Below, piece after piece: positions 1-9,789 of a DNA stretch of 44,328 bases. The notes beneath the pieces are model-generated. The model made no database searches and was not told the DNA's origin. It was given only the letters and a program-made list of their open reading frames with translations. The stretch comes from Folioceros fuciformis (lineage: Eukaryota): assembly GCA_049999805.1 (NCBI GenBank), contig JBNGIO010006370.1:1-44328 (forward strand), given 5' to 3'. How positions within the stretch are numbered: position 1 is the first letter of the stretch; each line of letters opens with the position of its first letter. The translations under genes and the position numbers were made by a program.

Positions 1-310
1 GAGCTCATGGGAGCGTAGCCCTTAGGTAAGACCGAGCTCATGGGAGCGTAGCCCTTAGGTAAGACCGAGCTCATGGGAGCGTAGCCCTTAGGTAAGACCG
101 AGCTCATGGGAGCGTAGCCCTTAGGTAAGACCGAGCTCATGGGAGCGTAGCCCTTAGGTAAGACCGAGCTCATGGGAGCGTAGCCCTTAGGTAAGACCGA
201 GCTCATGGGAGCGTAGCCCTTAGGTAAGACCGAGCTCATGGGAGCCAAGCCCTAGGTAAGACTAAGCCATGGGTGCCAAGCCCTTAGCTAAGGCCAAACC
301 ATAGGAGCCA
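1..310. repeat. 33-bp tandem minisatellite (7 identical units then degenerate units), runs off the left edge of the window
   Basis: Unit GAGCTCATGGGAGCGTAGCCCTTAGGTAAGACC starts at 1, 34, 67, 100, 133, 166 and 199. Decayed copies continue from 232 to about 310. No spacers. Confidence 0.95.
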
Positions 311-752
311 ATAGCAATTCAGGTTTACACTATCATAGGCCACTGTGACATTAATTTATGGCATCTACATTAAGGTCATCCTCAAATCTATATGCATCAT
401 CCCCTCCTCCTTCCATTTCTTGCTCTTGAGGATTCAGTCGAGAGCACAGGGACCTCTCGGTTTAACGTGTAAGTTACGCATACAAAGGGAGAAATGAGAG
501 ATCTACTTCCTACATAAGCACTTCCTTCCATACACCACCCAACAAATAATAAGTACTTATATATAATATCCCAGCAGTACGTACTTATATATAATACTCC
601 TTTTTCCCTTTAACCCTACTCGGGTTGTTCCTCCATCTCTGGAGTCCATGAAACTTTCCATCTCTTTCTTTATAATAAAAAATATTTTATTCTATATATA
701 ATATAGTTAAAAATAGCTTATTCTGTATAGATACACGTGGCTGAAGCTAATA

Positions 753-2186
753 TTACAGGCCAGGCCCTGGCCACACGCTACTCCCTCTAGCCAGGCATGA
801 CAGGAGCCGGAGTGGGTTTGACCAGTATAGCTTTTTGGTTAGTGTGCTGTAGATCTGAGGACACTGAAATTTCTTCTCCCACCCTGCTACGGTTTTCTGC
901 AGGACCTCCATGTCCGTGACCTTGCCAATCGCGCTTGTTACAAGACTCAACACATCTTCTGTTTGATGGCTCTTCACGATGGCATCCAACAAGCCTACGA
1001 CAAAGTTCGTGCCATTCTCGCCATCTCTCAAAGATTCATTTCCAGGAGTGGTGGAGTGAACGGTGAGACAGTCTTTCACAAAATAAAGGGGTCGAACTCT
1101 CCCGCTAACAACTTCGCTTCCCTCAACGGCTGACCTCTTGGCTTTGCTGCTGGTGGCAAGGCTGCCGGTGTCTGACCCCACCGGTTTCATTTTTCTGACA
1201 AGACTGCCAGTGCCTCGACAAGCATTTACGACAATTACCTTAGCCTTGTCTGCCAAAAACTTGCATTCAGTGATGGGCTTCACAATATCATGTGCAACAT
1301 AAAGCCGCTCGGTCTCGTCTTTTCCACCCAGGAGAACATACTCTCTTCCCTGCTCATCAGTCCCACCATGGGCATTGATGCAAAACAGAAAACAGTCGTC
1401 GTCTTCCAGAGCAGGGTTGCTGAGAAGACTTTCCAAGCTTGATTGTACTTTCTTAGCATCATCGTTCACGAGAATAACGTTTTCGAAGTCCAAGCTCTTT
1501 ACGATGGCTTCAAGTCGCCCTCTGTCTACCTGTCCACCATCTCTGTTGGCTTCCATGCTGATTATGACTGCAAGACCTCTTCGACGCTTTGCTTTCACCC
1601 TTTCGTTGGGATATGATAGCCCAGGTGAAGGGCCACTCCTTACGTCAAGGGATAGACGCTCCTCCAAAACACACTCAACCTCAGCGCTACTTAAGAGATC
1701 CCTGGCTCCCTCGTACCCAAGGTCTGGACCGGCTTCGGGCGTTCTTGGCCAGCACCATAGATAATCGGAGGAAATCTGCCGTTGATGGGTTTTGTGGTGA
1801 TCGAGAAAGCACTTCTTCAGATGCTGCGTGAGAACCGATTGATTGTGTCGGTAAATACAGAGTGTGAGCTTCTCCACACACGCAATCCTGATGATCCCTT
1901 CTACTAGTTCAACTCCAGGACTACCTTCAGGAGAAGCAGACAACTCTCTCAGTACTGCAACGATATGCTCCTGCACAAACTTGATCGTTTCGTCCTTGCT
2001 CTTGAGTGACCTCGTCAAAATGTCAACATGATCACCAATCTCCCCGGTCTCCTCCCCAATATCCCCACTGCTCTCCAAAAATAAGTCCATACCGTTGTGG
2101 TTAAGTTTGATCAAGTTACGTGCAATGCTATACTGATGAGCCTGCATACAGTAACCTTTATCAACCAACGTGTCTCGTAACTTGAG
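753..2186 (-). CDS. Terminal exon: COR C-terminal part fused in frame to a caspase (peptidase C14A-like) domain at about 822-1613
   Basis: One open frame containing RGLAVII..RDGGQVD, DCFLFCINAHGG (His at 1368-1370), KAKVIVVNACRG (Cys at 1218-1220), DCLTVHSTTPGNESLR..GTNFV and QCPQIYSTLTKKLYW. These match the order and spacing of p20 and p10 motifs in metazoan caspases. Confidence 0.85.
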   Translation of the reverse strand, partial: LKLRDTLVDKGYCMQAHQYSIARNLIKLNHNGMDLFLESSGDIGEETGEIGDHVDILTRSLKSKDETIKFVQEHIVAVLRELSASPEGSPGVELVEGIIRIACVEKLTLCIYRHNQSVLTQHLKKCFLDHHKTHQRQISSDYLWCWPRTPEAGPDLGYEGARDLLSSAEVECVLEERLSLDVRSGPSPGLSYPNERVKAKRRRGLAVIISMEANRDGGQVDRGRLEAIVKSLDFENVILVNDDAKKVQSSLESLLSNPALEDDDCFLFCINAHGGTDEQGREYVLLGGKDETERLYVAHDIVKPITECKFLADKAKVIVVNACRGTGSLVRKMKPVGSDTGSLATSSKAKRSAVEGSEVVSGRVRPLYFVKDCLTVHSTTPGNESLRDGENGTNFVVGLLDAIVKSHQTEDVLSLVTSAIGKVTDMEVLQKTVAGWEKKFQCPQIYSTLTKKLYWSNPLRLLSCLARGSSVWPGPGL

Positions 2187-2278
2187 CTGCAATTCACAAC
2201 CACTGGCCATGTCATGAAACGCTACGCAAGAGAGGATAAATCACCAGCAAAAGAGAGACAGGTCACAAAGTAACGTAC
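2187..2278 (-). other. Predicted 92-nt phase-0 GT-AG intron
   Basis: Minus strand reads CAA|GTACGT ... TTGCAG|CTC. Splicing joins ...PGFFPRFQ to LKLRDTL... in frame, matching the TRN1 motif PGFFPRLQV. Confidence 0.75.
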
Positions 2279-5200
2279 TTGGAATCTTGGAAAGAATCCT
2301 GGACCGAGAAACGTCTTCCTTTCATCTCGGCATTGTACCCGCCTCCCTACGTAGTTGTACTTGGGCACTGTAGTTTTATCACCCGTAGTTGTATCACCCA
2401 GCCATTGCAACTGTCGTTTCCCTTCCAGAGCTTTACCGTCAGCGTCATCCAAGGTGAAGGGAACGAAGAAGACAGGGCTTGGGTTCGCATCAATTTCGTA
2501 GCACAAGTTTAGTCTCTTCATCAACACTACCAGACACACGAATCTCGTCCTCCTCTTCCATGTCTTCGAGAATCTGGGTCAAGGCTTCATTGAGGGACTT
2601 TGGAAGGACAAATCCACCATCTGACAACCTTCTGAGTTTAGACGGTCCAGATCTCGTCTGAATGAAGCTGCCCAAAAACCAATGATCCAGGGTGGATTTA
2701 CCACCACAGCACCTGAATCTTGGAACCAGATGACCCGGCCCGCATTGTGCAGATAGGCAAGAATTGCTTGAAGGCGTTGCTCATCATCTGCCTTAAACAA
2801 CTGTTTACATCGCTCCTTGGTCACAATAGGCTGGGCTGGATTCTGAGATACCCATGCAGTCAAATCAGCGCTGGATCGGTTGCATGCCTCCGGAACCCAA
2901 AACAGAGGAAGTGCAAATAGCTGTTGAAACGATTCGAATAGTTTGTCCAGCAAGGGCTCCACAGTCTGTGTACATCGAGCATCCATGAAGAATAGAGGCG
3001 TTGTCGTGATATGGAGTACCTCCTGAAAAAGCTTGGCCACCTCTGTCACTACTGGTTGCAGCACATCCGGCAGATCGCATGATAATTCAGCCTTCAGATC
3101 CTCCATCCGATCCATATGAGTGACAACCACAAATACCCGAGGCAAACAAGATGCCACGTTGCGAGAATTAGAGTGGATGATCGATCCTAAGCCAAAACTT
3201 GAAGCTGTTTCTGAACCTGTCCTGTATCTCTTCTCTAGAGGGGAGGTGTTCGACAGGCAGCTGGGTATCAAATGGGTTGAATATGAACAAGAAGACACAT
3301 GTCTGGTTGAAGCTCGGGAACAAGTAGTCTTGCAGGGCTCGGTAGTGAGCTGGTCCAGCCAGATCCCAGAGGCTGACTTCCATCTCTTGGTCGTTGCGCA
3401 GCGCCTCGATTTCTATGCCTTTCGCTCCGGTGACAGGACCCACCTGGTTGGGTGCGGCTCCTGTGAGTGGAACATTACCGAACCAGGAACCATTCCAAGC
3501 TAGAGACAGTTGTTCCCACGATGGGACTTGGTTGGGTGATGCGGTTCCTGTATGTGTATGTGTGTGTGGTTGCTGTCTGCGCCGTGCTGTAACCATGGTA
3601 GTGCGGAGAGTGGTCTTCCCTGCGCAAGGTGCACCGCACAGGAAAAGGCGCCCGACCTTGGGCTTCACAGGCTGTTTCCTGTCAAAAAGCAAAGGCCAGT
3701 AGGCCCTATGAGAAACGTGGCGTGCTAAAGTTGCGTTGATGATGGCCCCCATTCCCTTTCCCTCCTGCTCCCACTCCGTACCCCGTAGGCTGATCTTCCG
3801 TAAGGTGGGGTTGACTTGCAGGGACTGCATCAAGTCTCTGAAGAGGTCATCGTCGAGTCCGGAGCAATTCAGAACGTTGAGCTCATTCAATGATGTATTC
3901 TTCCCCAAAGACTGCAGCAACGCTTTCATGAAATAGGGCCAATTGATCGTCCTCAAGGTCAGGATACATAATGATTTGCATTCCAAGAACGACAACGAAA
4001 TTTCACTCGAAGGCTTGTCAATCTCACTGCCACTGTAATCAAACAATTCAAGTTTGGAGAGGGTGGAGTTGTCGCGCAAGGCATCCAGGCCGCGCTCGAC
4101 AGCAACAACGTTGATCATAAGCTCCGTGATACAATCGTTGGTGCGCAACATTCCGGCCAGCGCATCTTCCAGGCCTGGCTCCTCCCAGTTGCGGCTACGC
4201 AATTTCAGCTTGGTGACGCCAGATATGGCGGCATGGGCATCAGCGGGTCGGGTGAAAGCATGTTTGAGCACAGTGCTCATGTGCCCGACTCTGTGACCGA
4301 GGCTGCTCTGTCGGGAACCCGCATTGCGCCAATCCGGATGCAGATCATCCAGATAAAGCTCCCGGAGCGTGGCACAGGACGGAAGAGCGTTTCCAAGACA
4401 CAGGGCTCCCGCCTCATGCATGCCGATCCCACCCAGCCTCAGGGTATTGAGACGGGGAGCGTTGACCAGCATGCGAGCCAGGTGCTGTGCCCCTTCACCA
4501 TCTCCCACTCTGTTCCACCGTAGGCCCAAATCCTGGAGGACAGAATCCTTGTTGAAGCCTTCGACCAGGGCTCCAAGTCCCGCGGCGTCAAGCCCAATGC
4601 TTCGTACTTCCAGCCGTCGCAAGCTGCGACTGGTACCAATAAGGTGGCCCAAGGCCTTGCACCCCGCCAGGCTTCCAAACCCTTTGCACCCTGTCAGATC
4701 AAGATTTTCCAGGGAAGGGTTGGACGCCGAGGCCCCCAAAAGAACCACGCATTCATCCTCCCAGTCGATGCCGATTTCCCACTTCGGAGAGATCCTGAGG
4801 TGGTGGCCGAGTCGGCAGCACTGGCCAATGGCAGTCAGTATCCGCTTGCGCACTCGCTAACGCCTCCCAGGACGAGCATGCGCTTCGAAGTTGTGGTGGC
4901 CATCCAGACACCAAGAGCGCGCCCTGAAGTAATCGCCGTACCGCCTTTTCGTCAAGTCAGGGAGTGCGAACACGGCATCCGTTCCTTCCACTCTTACCAG
5001 CAGCCGTTGCAGCTCAGCTGGCATTGCGCGCCAGTCGTTCTCCTCCTCCACCGCCATGCCCCGCCAGTGGTCGCTTCTTTGAGTAACATTTCGTGCTAAC
5101 GTTGCGTGGATGACGGACGCATTTCCCTCGCAATCCCACCGTGTGCCCTGCATGTTGATCTTGCAAAATCTGGTGTTGGCTTGGACGGAATGCATTAAGC

Positions 5201-6496
5201 CTGCGGAGAGGTCATCGTCGAGTCTACGACACTGCAGGATATTGAGCTCATTCAAAGACGAGTTTTTCTCCAACGACTGCAGCGACGCTTGCATGAAAGA
5301 GCGCCGATGAATCCTCCACAAAGTTAGGATACGCAATGACTTGCATTCCAGGAACGACATCGAAAGTTCACTCAAAAGGCTCCTCAATCTCAGCGTCATT
5401 GTCACAGTCACTGTCACCCTCGTACAATTCAAGTTTGGAGAGGGTGGAGTTGTGGCGCAAGGAGTCCAGGCCGCGCTCGACAGCAATAACGTTGATGGTC
5501 AGCTCCGTGATACAATCGTTGGTGCGCAACATTCCAGCTAGCGCATCTGCCAGGCCTGGCTCCTCCCAGTTGCGGTTACGCAGTCTCAGCGTGGTGACGC
5601 CAGATATGGCAGCATGAGTATCAGCGCGCCGGGTGAAAGCAAGTTTGAGCACAGTGCTCAGCCCATCCGGATGTAGATCGTCCAAATAAAGCTCCCGGAG
5701 CGTGGCACAGGACGGAAGAGCGTTGTTTGCAAGACACAGGGCTCCCGCCTCATCCATGCCGATCCCATCCAGCTTCAGGGTACTGAGACGAGGAGGAGCG
5801 TTGACCAGCATGCGAGCCAGGTGCTGTGCCCCTTCACCATCGCCCACTCTGTTGTTCCCTAGGTCCAAATACTCGAGCGCAGAATCCTTGTCAAAGCCTT
5901 CGACCAGGGCACCAAGTCCCGCGGCATCAAGCTCAATCCCTCGTGCTTCCAGCCTTCGCAAGCTGCGACTGGTACCAATAAGTTGGCCCAGGGCCTTGCA
6001 CCCCGCCAGGCTTCCAAAACCTGCGCATTCTTCCAGATCAAGATGTTCCAGGGAAGGGTTGGATGCCAAGGCCCCAGCAGAACCACGCAGTCATCCTCCC
6101 TATCGATGCCGATTTTCCAGCACGAAGAGATCCTCAGGTGGCCCCGGAGACTGTGGCACCGGCCAATAGCCTTCAGTGCCCACTCGCGCATTCGCCAGTG
6201 CATGGCATGCACCCACCATCTGAAGGAATTGCCGTACTCCTCAGTATAAAGGCTGGGGAGTCCGGACAAGGCATTCCGTCCCAGATCTTCCAGCAGCTGT
6301 TGCAGTTTTGCCGGCATTGCGCTCCTGTCATTCTCCTGCTCTGCCATGCTGTATTCATTCTTCTCGCCCTCCACTCCCGCCATGCTGTGATGTGCTATGC
6401 TGGGCTGGGCTGGGCTGGGCTTCCCAGTACAAGCAAGTATGAAGAATGGCCGGAATGTATGACCTGTTTTGTAGCAGGGGCAAAAGCTCACACACA

Positions 6497-6820
6497 ACAC
6501 ACTCGAGGAGGATTGGGAGACCAAACAAGGCTAGACCAGCGTAGCTTAAGGGATAGCAACCTCACAAGCACACACTCGAGGAGGATTGGGAGACCAAACA
6601 CGGCTAGGCTAGGCCAGCGTAGCTTAAGGGATAGCAGCCTCACAAGCACACACTCGACGAGGATTGGGAGACCGAACAAGGCTAGGCTAGGCTAGGCTAG
6701 CTTATGGGACAGCAACCTCACAAGAAAACACTCGAGGACGATTGGCTGACCAGACAAGGCTAGGCAAGGCGAGGTTAGGCCAGGGGCCATCAACCTCACA
6801 GCACCCACACTCGAGGAGGA
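6497..6820. repeat. ~75-80-bp degenerate tandem repeat (about 4 copies) just upstream of the Roco gene
   Basis: Recurring CACACTCGAGGAGGATTGGGAGACC...GGCTAGG...TAGCTTAAGGGATAGCAACCTCACAAG. Confidence 0.85.
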
Positions 6821-8179
6821 TGAAGACAGCAGAAAAGACTCTTGAGTCTGTGGTCGAGTGGTAGGTGGCCAGCGAGATGACAGGCCTCACTCGTCACTCT
6901 CCATTTATCAAGGCGTTCGCGTGCTTGGCTTTTCCCATTCCCCACGTTGTCTGGGACGAGTGGATGGATATTCCTCCGTCTAAGATTTGCATATTTTATC
7001 AAATGTATGTGGGTAGTATGGAGTGACAGGGCCAGCATCACGCACAGGAAAGGCATGAGTCTTCTGAGCTGCTGCTTCCAACCTTCCTTCCTTCGCTCGC
7101 CCACATGCCATTGCCAGAACATGACTCTTTGCTACACTGCTCCTTGCAGGAGAGATGCCTTCCTTCACATGGAAGGTAGGTTTGCAGACCGAAGGATCCC
7201 TCCCCTCCACCTGAGCTCAGCTCAGCTTCTACATCCCTTTGGACTCCTCGCAGGGAAACGTGGTTGGTGCGGACCAACCGCTTTGAATGAAAATGGGGTC
7301 GTGGGTTCCTCCAAGTACAGTACCAGACTACACCTCGAAGGAGCATGTTGCAGTCTCCATGTCTCCTGCACGTGCCTGGTGGGCGTGTACGCAACATTGT
7401 GGGAACCAGAGGAGAGGATCCGATTGAGGCCAAGGGCGGGAACCTCGGACGAAAGTCCTGTCCGGCAGCACACAGGCCACCACCGGAAGGGGCCCTGGGG
7501 CTCAGGACACCATCGGACAGAACGCCATTAAATGCGGAGTTATCAGCCATAACGCTTTGGCCGCTATGGCGTGGGAGTCGCAAATTAGGCTCCTGCAGGG
7601 GAGGGGATCGTAGTTTGGCTACGCTCATTAGAGATCACATGAGCCAGAGGTCGCTGACAGGGTAGAGATTCGAGATTGAGTTTTGTACATGAAGTGCCTG
7701 CCTGCGTCTCAATGTCCGAAGCAACTAATGAACGAAGCGTCTCAACTAAACTAATGCTTCGCATGCCATGCCAAAGCCCTGCAGTCTGTCGCCGTATGTC
7801 AAGCAGGCTATATGGCCCCGACCCATCTTGGCGCCATACATGTACTTGCGCTTTGCCATCCCACAAAGAACCTTCTGCTTCAGTCTTATCCCTGTGCGGG
7901 TTGCATGACGAGGACGAGTGGCATGCTGAATTTTGCTAGCGAGGGGCATGGTATTGAGATGCGTGCTGAAGTATGCGATGTCATGTTCTCATTGCTTTCT
8001 AGCACACAAGGTGGAGTGGCATGCTCATTTTTACTAGTAAGGTGCATCACGTTGACATGCGTGATGAAGTCTGCGATATCATGTTCGCAATGGCTAGGGA
8101 ATTTGGCTTTGTTCGTGTAATTTCGCTTCTTCTTCTTTTTTTCTCTCATACCCTCGGACAACCATTAACGAGCACGTCA

Positions 8180-8705
8180 TTAGGAAGCGCAATAAGGAAG
8201 ACTTGCAAGTACAGGCCCATGCAGTAGGCTCACTTGTTCATCCTCCTTGTTATTGAAACGCACGGGGCCATAGGTAAGGATTTTTCCAAGTTTTTGAAGA
8301 CCTCGGCGAAGGTCCATCATGTCAATAGGAGCGGCATAGGGCTTCCCCTATCTGGCGTGGTGGCATTTTTCCAGCAATGGGTCTCGATTGTGCTACCAAA
8401 GGCCCTAGCAAACCCAAATTTTTGGACAACATCAAGCGCAGCGAATGTGGCTTTTCGATTATGCTACAAAAGGCCCTAGCAAACACAAATTTTTGGACAA
8501 CATAAAGCGCGGCAGATGCAGCTTCAGCGGCCTCGGTGGTGATAAGTAGGCCATACCTTGTACTTGAATACGACATCTGGTGTGCGATAGGGAGTTACAA
8601 GCTAGGTGGTGAGGGGGCTAGGCCCCCATTTTTGGCTTTTCCCCATTGCGGGTTGTTCCCCTTATCACGGGGTAGATGGAACTTCCATCTCGTTTTTTCT
8701 ATAAA
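8180..8705 (+). mobile_element. 3' remnant of a non-LTR retrotransposon with a restriction-like endonuclease (CRE/R2-type), plus probable 3' tail
   Basis: Translation K..KY....FILLVIETHGAIG..FLK...FFQQWVSIVLPKA resembles the RLE C-terminal motif F.P..ET.G...R.S..LQ. Internal ~74-bp duplication. Tail 8612-8705 recurs at 36175-36262. Confidence 0.6.
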
Positions 8706-8980
8706 GTCTTTAGATTCTCTCCTTCTTTCTTCCGTATAGTGTATAGGTGTCTATGTGTCTATACACATTTCGCTAGAGAATGTGGGTTTCTTCCATACAA
8801 GGGGCGTCTATATACATTTGTACAAAGGGGTTCTCTTAGAGCTCACCTTTTTTTCACTAGGGAGGATCGTTGTCATGGATTACACTAGGAATTTGATTTT
8901 TGAGTATGTTGTCATTAACCCCGTAGATGGATGGCGGAAGGTAATCTAGTGCAGCAGAGGATTATGCCATTGCCTATATC

Positions 8981-9240
8981 GATAAGTATTCTCCCTTGCA
9001 AGAGCATGTTTGCCAATGTCCATAAGTATTCTCCCTTGCAGGAGCACATTTGCCAATGTCCATAAGTATTCTCCCTTGCAGGAGCACGTTTGCCAATGTC
9101 CATAAGTATTCTCCCTTGCAGGAGCACGTTTGCCAATGTCCATAAGTATTCTCCCTTGCAGGAGCATGTTTGCCAATGTCCATAAGTATTCTCCCTTGCA
9201 GGAGCATGTTTGCCAATGTCCATAAGTGTTCTCCCTTGTA
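8981..9240. repeat. 40-bp tandem minisatellite, about 6.5 copies
   Basis: CATAAGTATTCTCCCTTGCAGGAGCA(C/T)GTTTGCCAATGTC with period 40 (9021, 9061, 9101, 9141, 9181). Confidence 0.95.
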
Positions 9241-9417
9241 GAAATATACTTTCTTCTCTCTTACTCTTGGGTTTGTTATAGCATAGAAATAGGGTTCCTC
9301 TTTTCTCTTTAGGGTTCAAGGTTCTTAGGGTTTTACGGGATTTGAATAGCATTGTCCATTCGTCCATACATAACAAGTGCCTCATGTCCAAGCCCTTTGT
9401 GGTAATACCCAGCAATT

Positions 9418-9726
9418 ACTGACTTCACATTCATCTGGACAAGTTCCATATCATTCCTTGCAACCAGAGCAAGAACACATCGAAAAGTGGTCATTTTGAC
9501 AACTGGTGAGAAAATCTCATCAAAGTCAATACCTTGTTGTTGCTTAAAACCCTTAGCAACTAATCGTGCCTTGTACTTGGATTTGCCATAATGGGGTATG
9601 TCCTTCATCTTATACACCCATATTTGCATGGCAACCTTCTTGCCCCTAGGCAACTGAACCAACTCCCAAGTTTGGTTCTTACGGAGCGAATCCATCTGCG
9701 ACTGCATCGCCTTCTCCCACTTGTCC
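9418..9726 (-). mobile_element. Ty1/copia reverse transcriptase N-terminal fragment
   Basis: KWEKAMQSQMDSLRKNQTWELV...WVYKMK...YKARLVAKGFKQQQGIDFDEIFSPVVK...QMNVKS, truncated there. Confidence 0.93.
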
Positions 9727-9731
9727 TACTG

Positions 9732-9755
9732 TAGGGTTAGGGTTTAGGGTTTAGG
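9732..9755 (+). repeat. Interstitial telomeric repeat (TTTAGGG)n
   Basis: TAGGGTTAGGGTTTAGGGTTTAGG at the RT/satellite junction. Confidence 0.8.
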
Positions 9756-9789
9756 TGCCCGGGTCTGGCGTCCCTGGCACCCCCGCGAC

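Larger units (their letters stand above)
753..6383 (-). pseudogene. TORNADO1-like LRR-ROC-COR (Roco) protein with a duplicated LRR block and a C-terminal caspase domain; multiple frameshifts and one in-frame stop
   Basis: ATG at 6383 (MAGVEGEK). RI-like LRRs (LxxLxLxxNxVGD) in ORFs 5368-6069, 4857-5486 and 3168-4853. ROC motifs: GAPCAGKTT (P-loop), WDLAG, THMD, DAR. TRN1-like COR motifs: FWLRI/IHSNSR, LMKRLNLCYE, YVGRRVQC..FLGPGFFPRFQ, ARDLLS. Lesions near 6070, 5370, 4857 (TAG), 3180, 2690 and 2535. Confidence 0.85.

Noticed and set aside
1-310. 33-bp repeats (and the 40-bp repeats at 8981-9240) as a CRISPR array
   Set aside because: Units are directly adjacent with no unique spacers, there are no cas genes, and the context is eukaryotic.
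4857-4859. In-frame TAG in the Roco gene being repaired by the neighbouring U-to-C editors
   Set aside because: PPR editing acts on organellar transcripts, and the gene also has frameshifts that editing cannot fix.
753-6383. Calling the gene the TRN1 orthologue
   Set aside because: The C-terminus is replaced by a caspase domain, the LRRs are duplicated and the sequence is divergent; only family-level similarity is supportable.
6820-8160. Overlapping 100-200-aa ORFs and a faint kinase-like impression
   Set aside because: No recognisable conserved motifs and in-frame stops; not supportable without a search.
8915-9415. Repetitive ORFs in three minus-strand frames
   Set aside because: Products of the 40-bp minisatellite cycling through reading frames.
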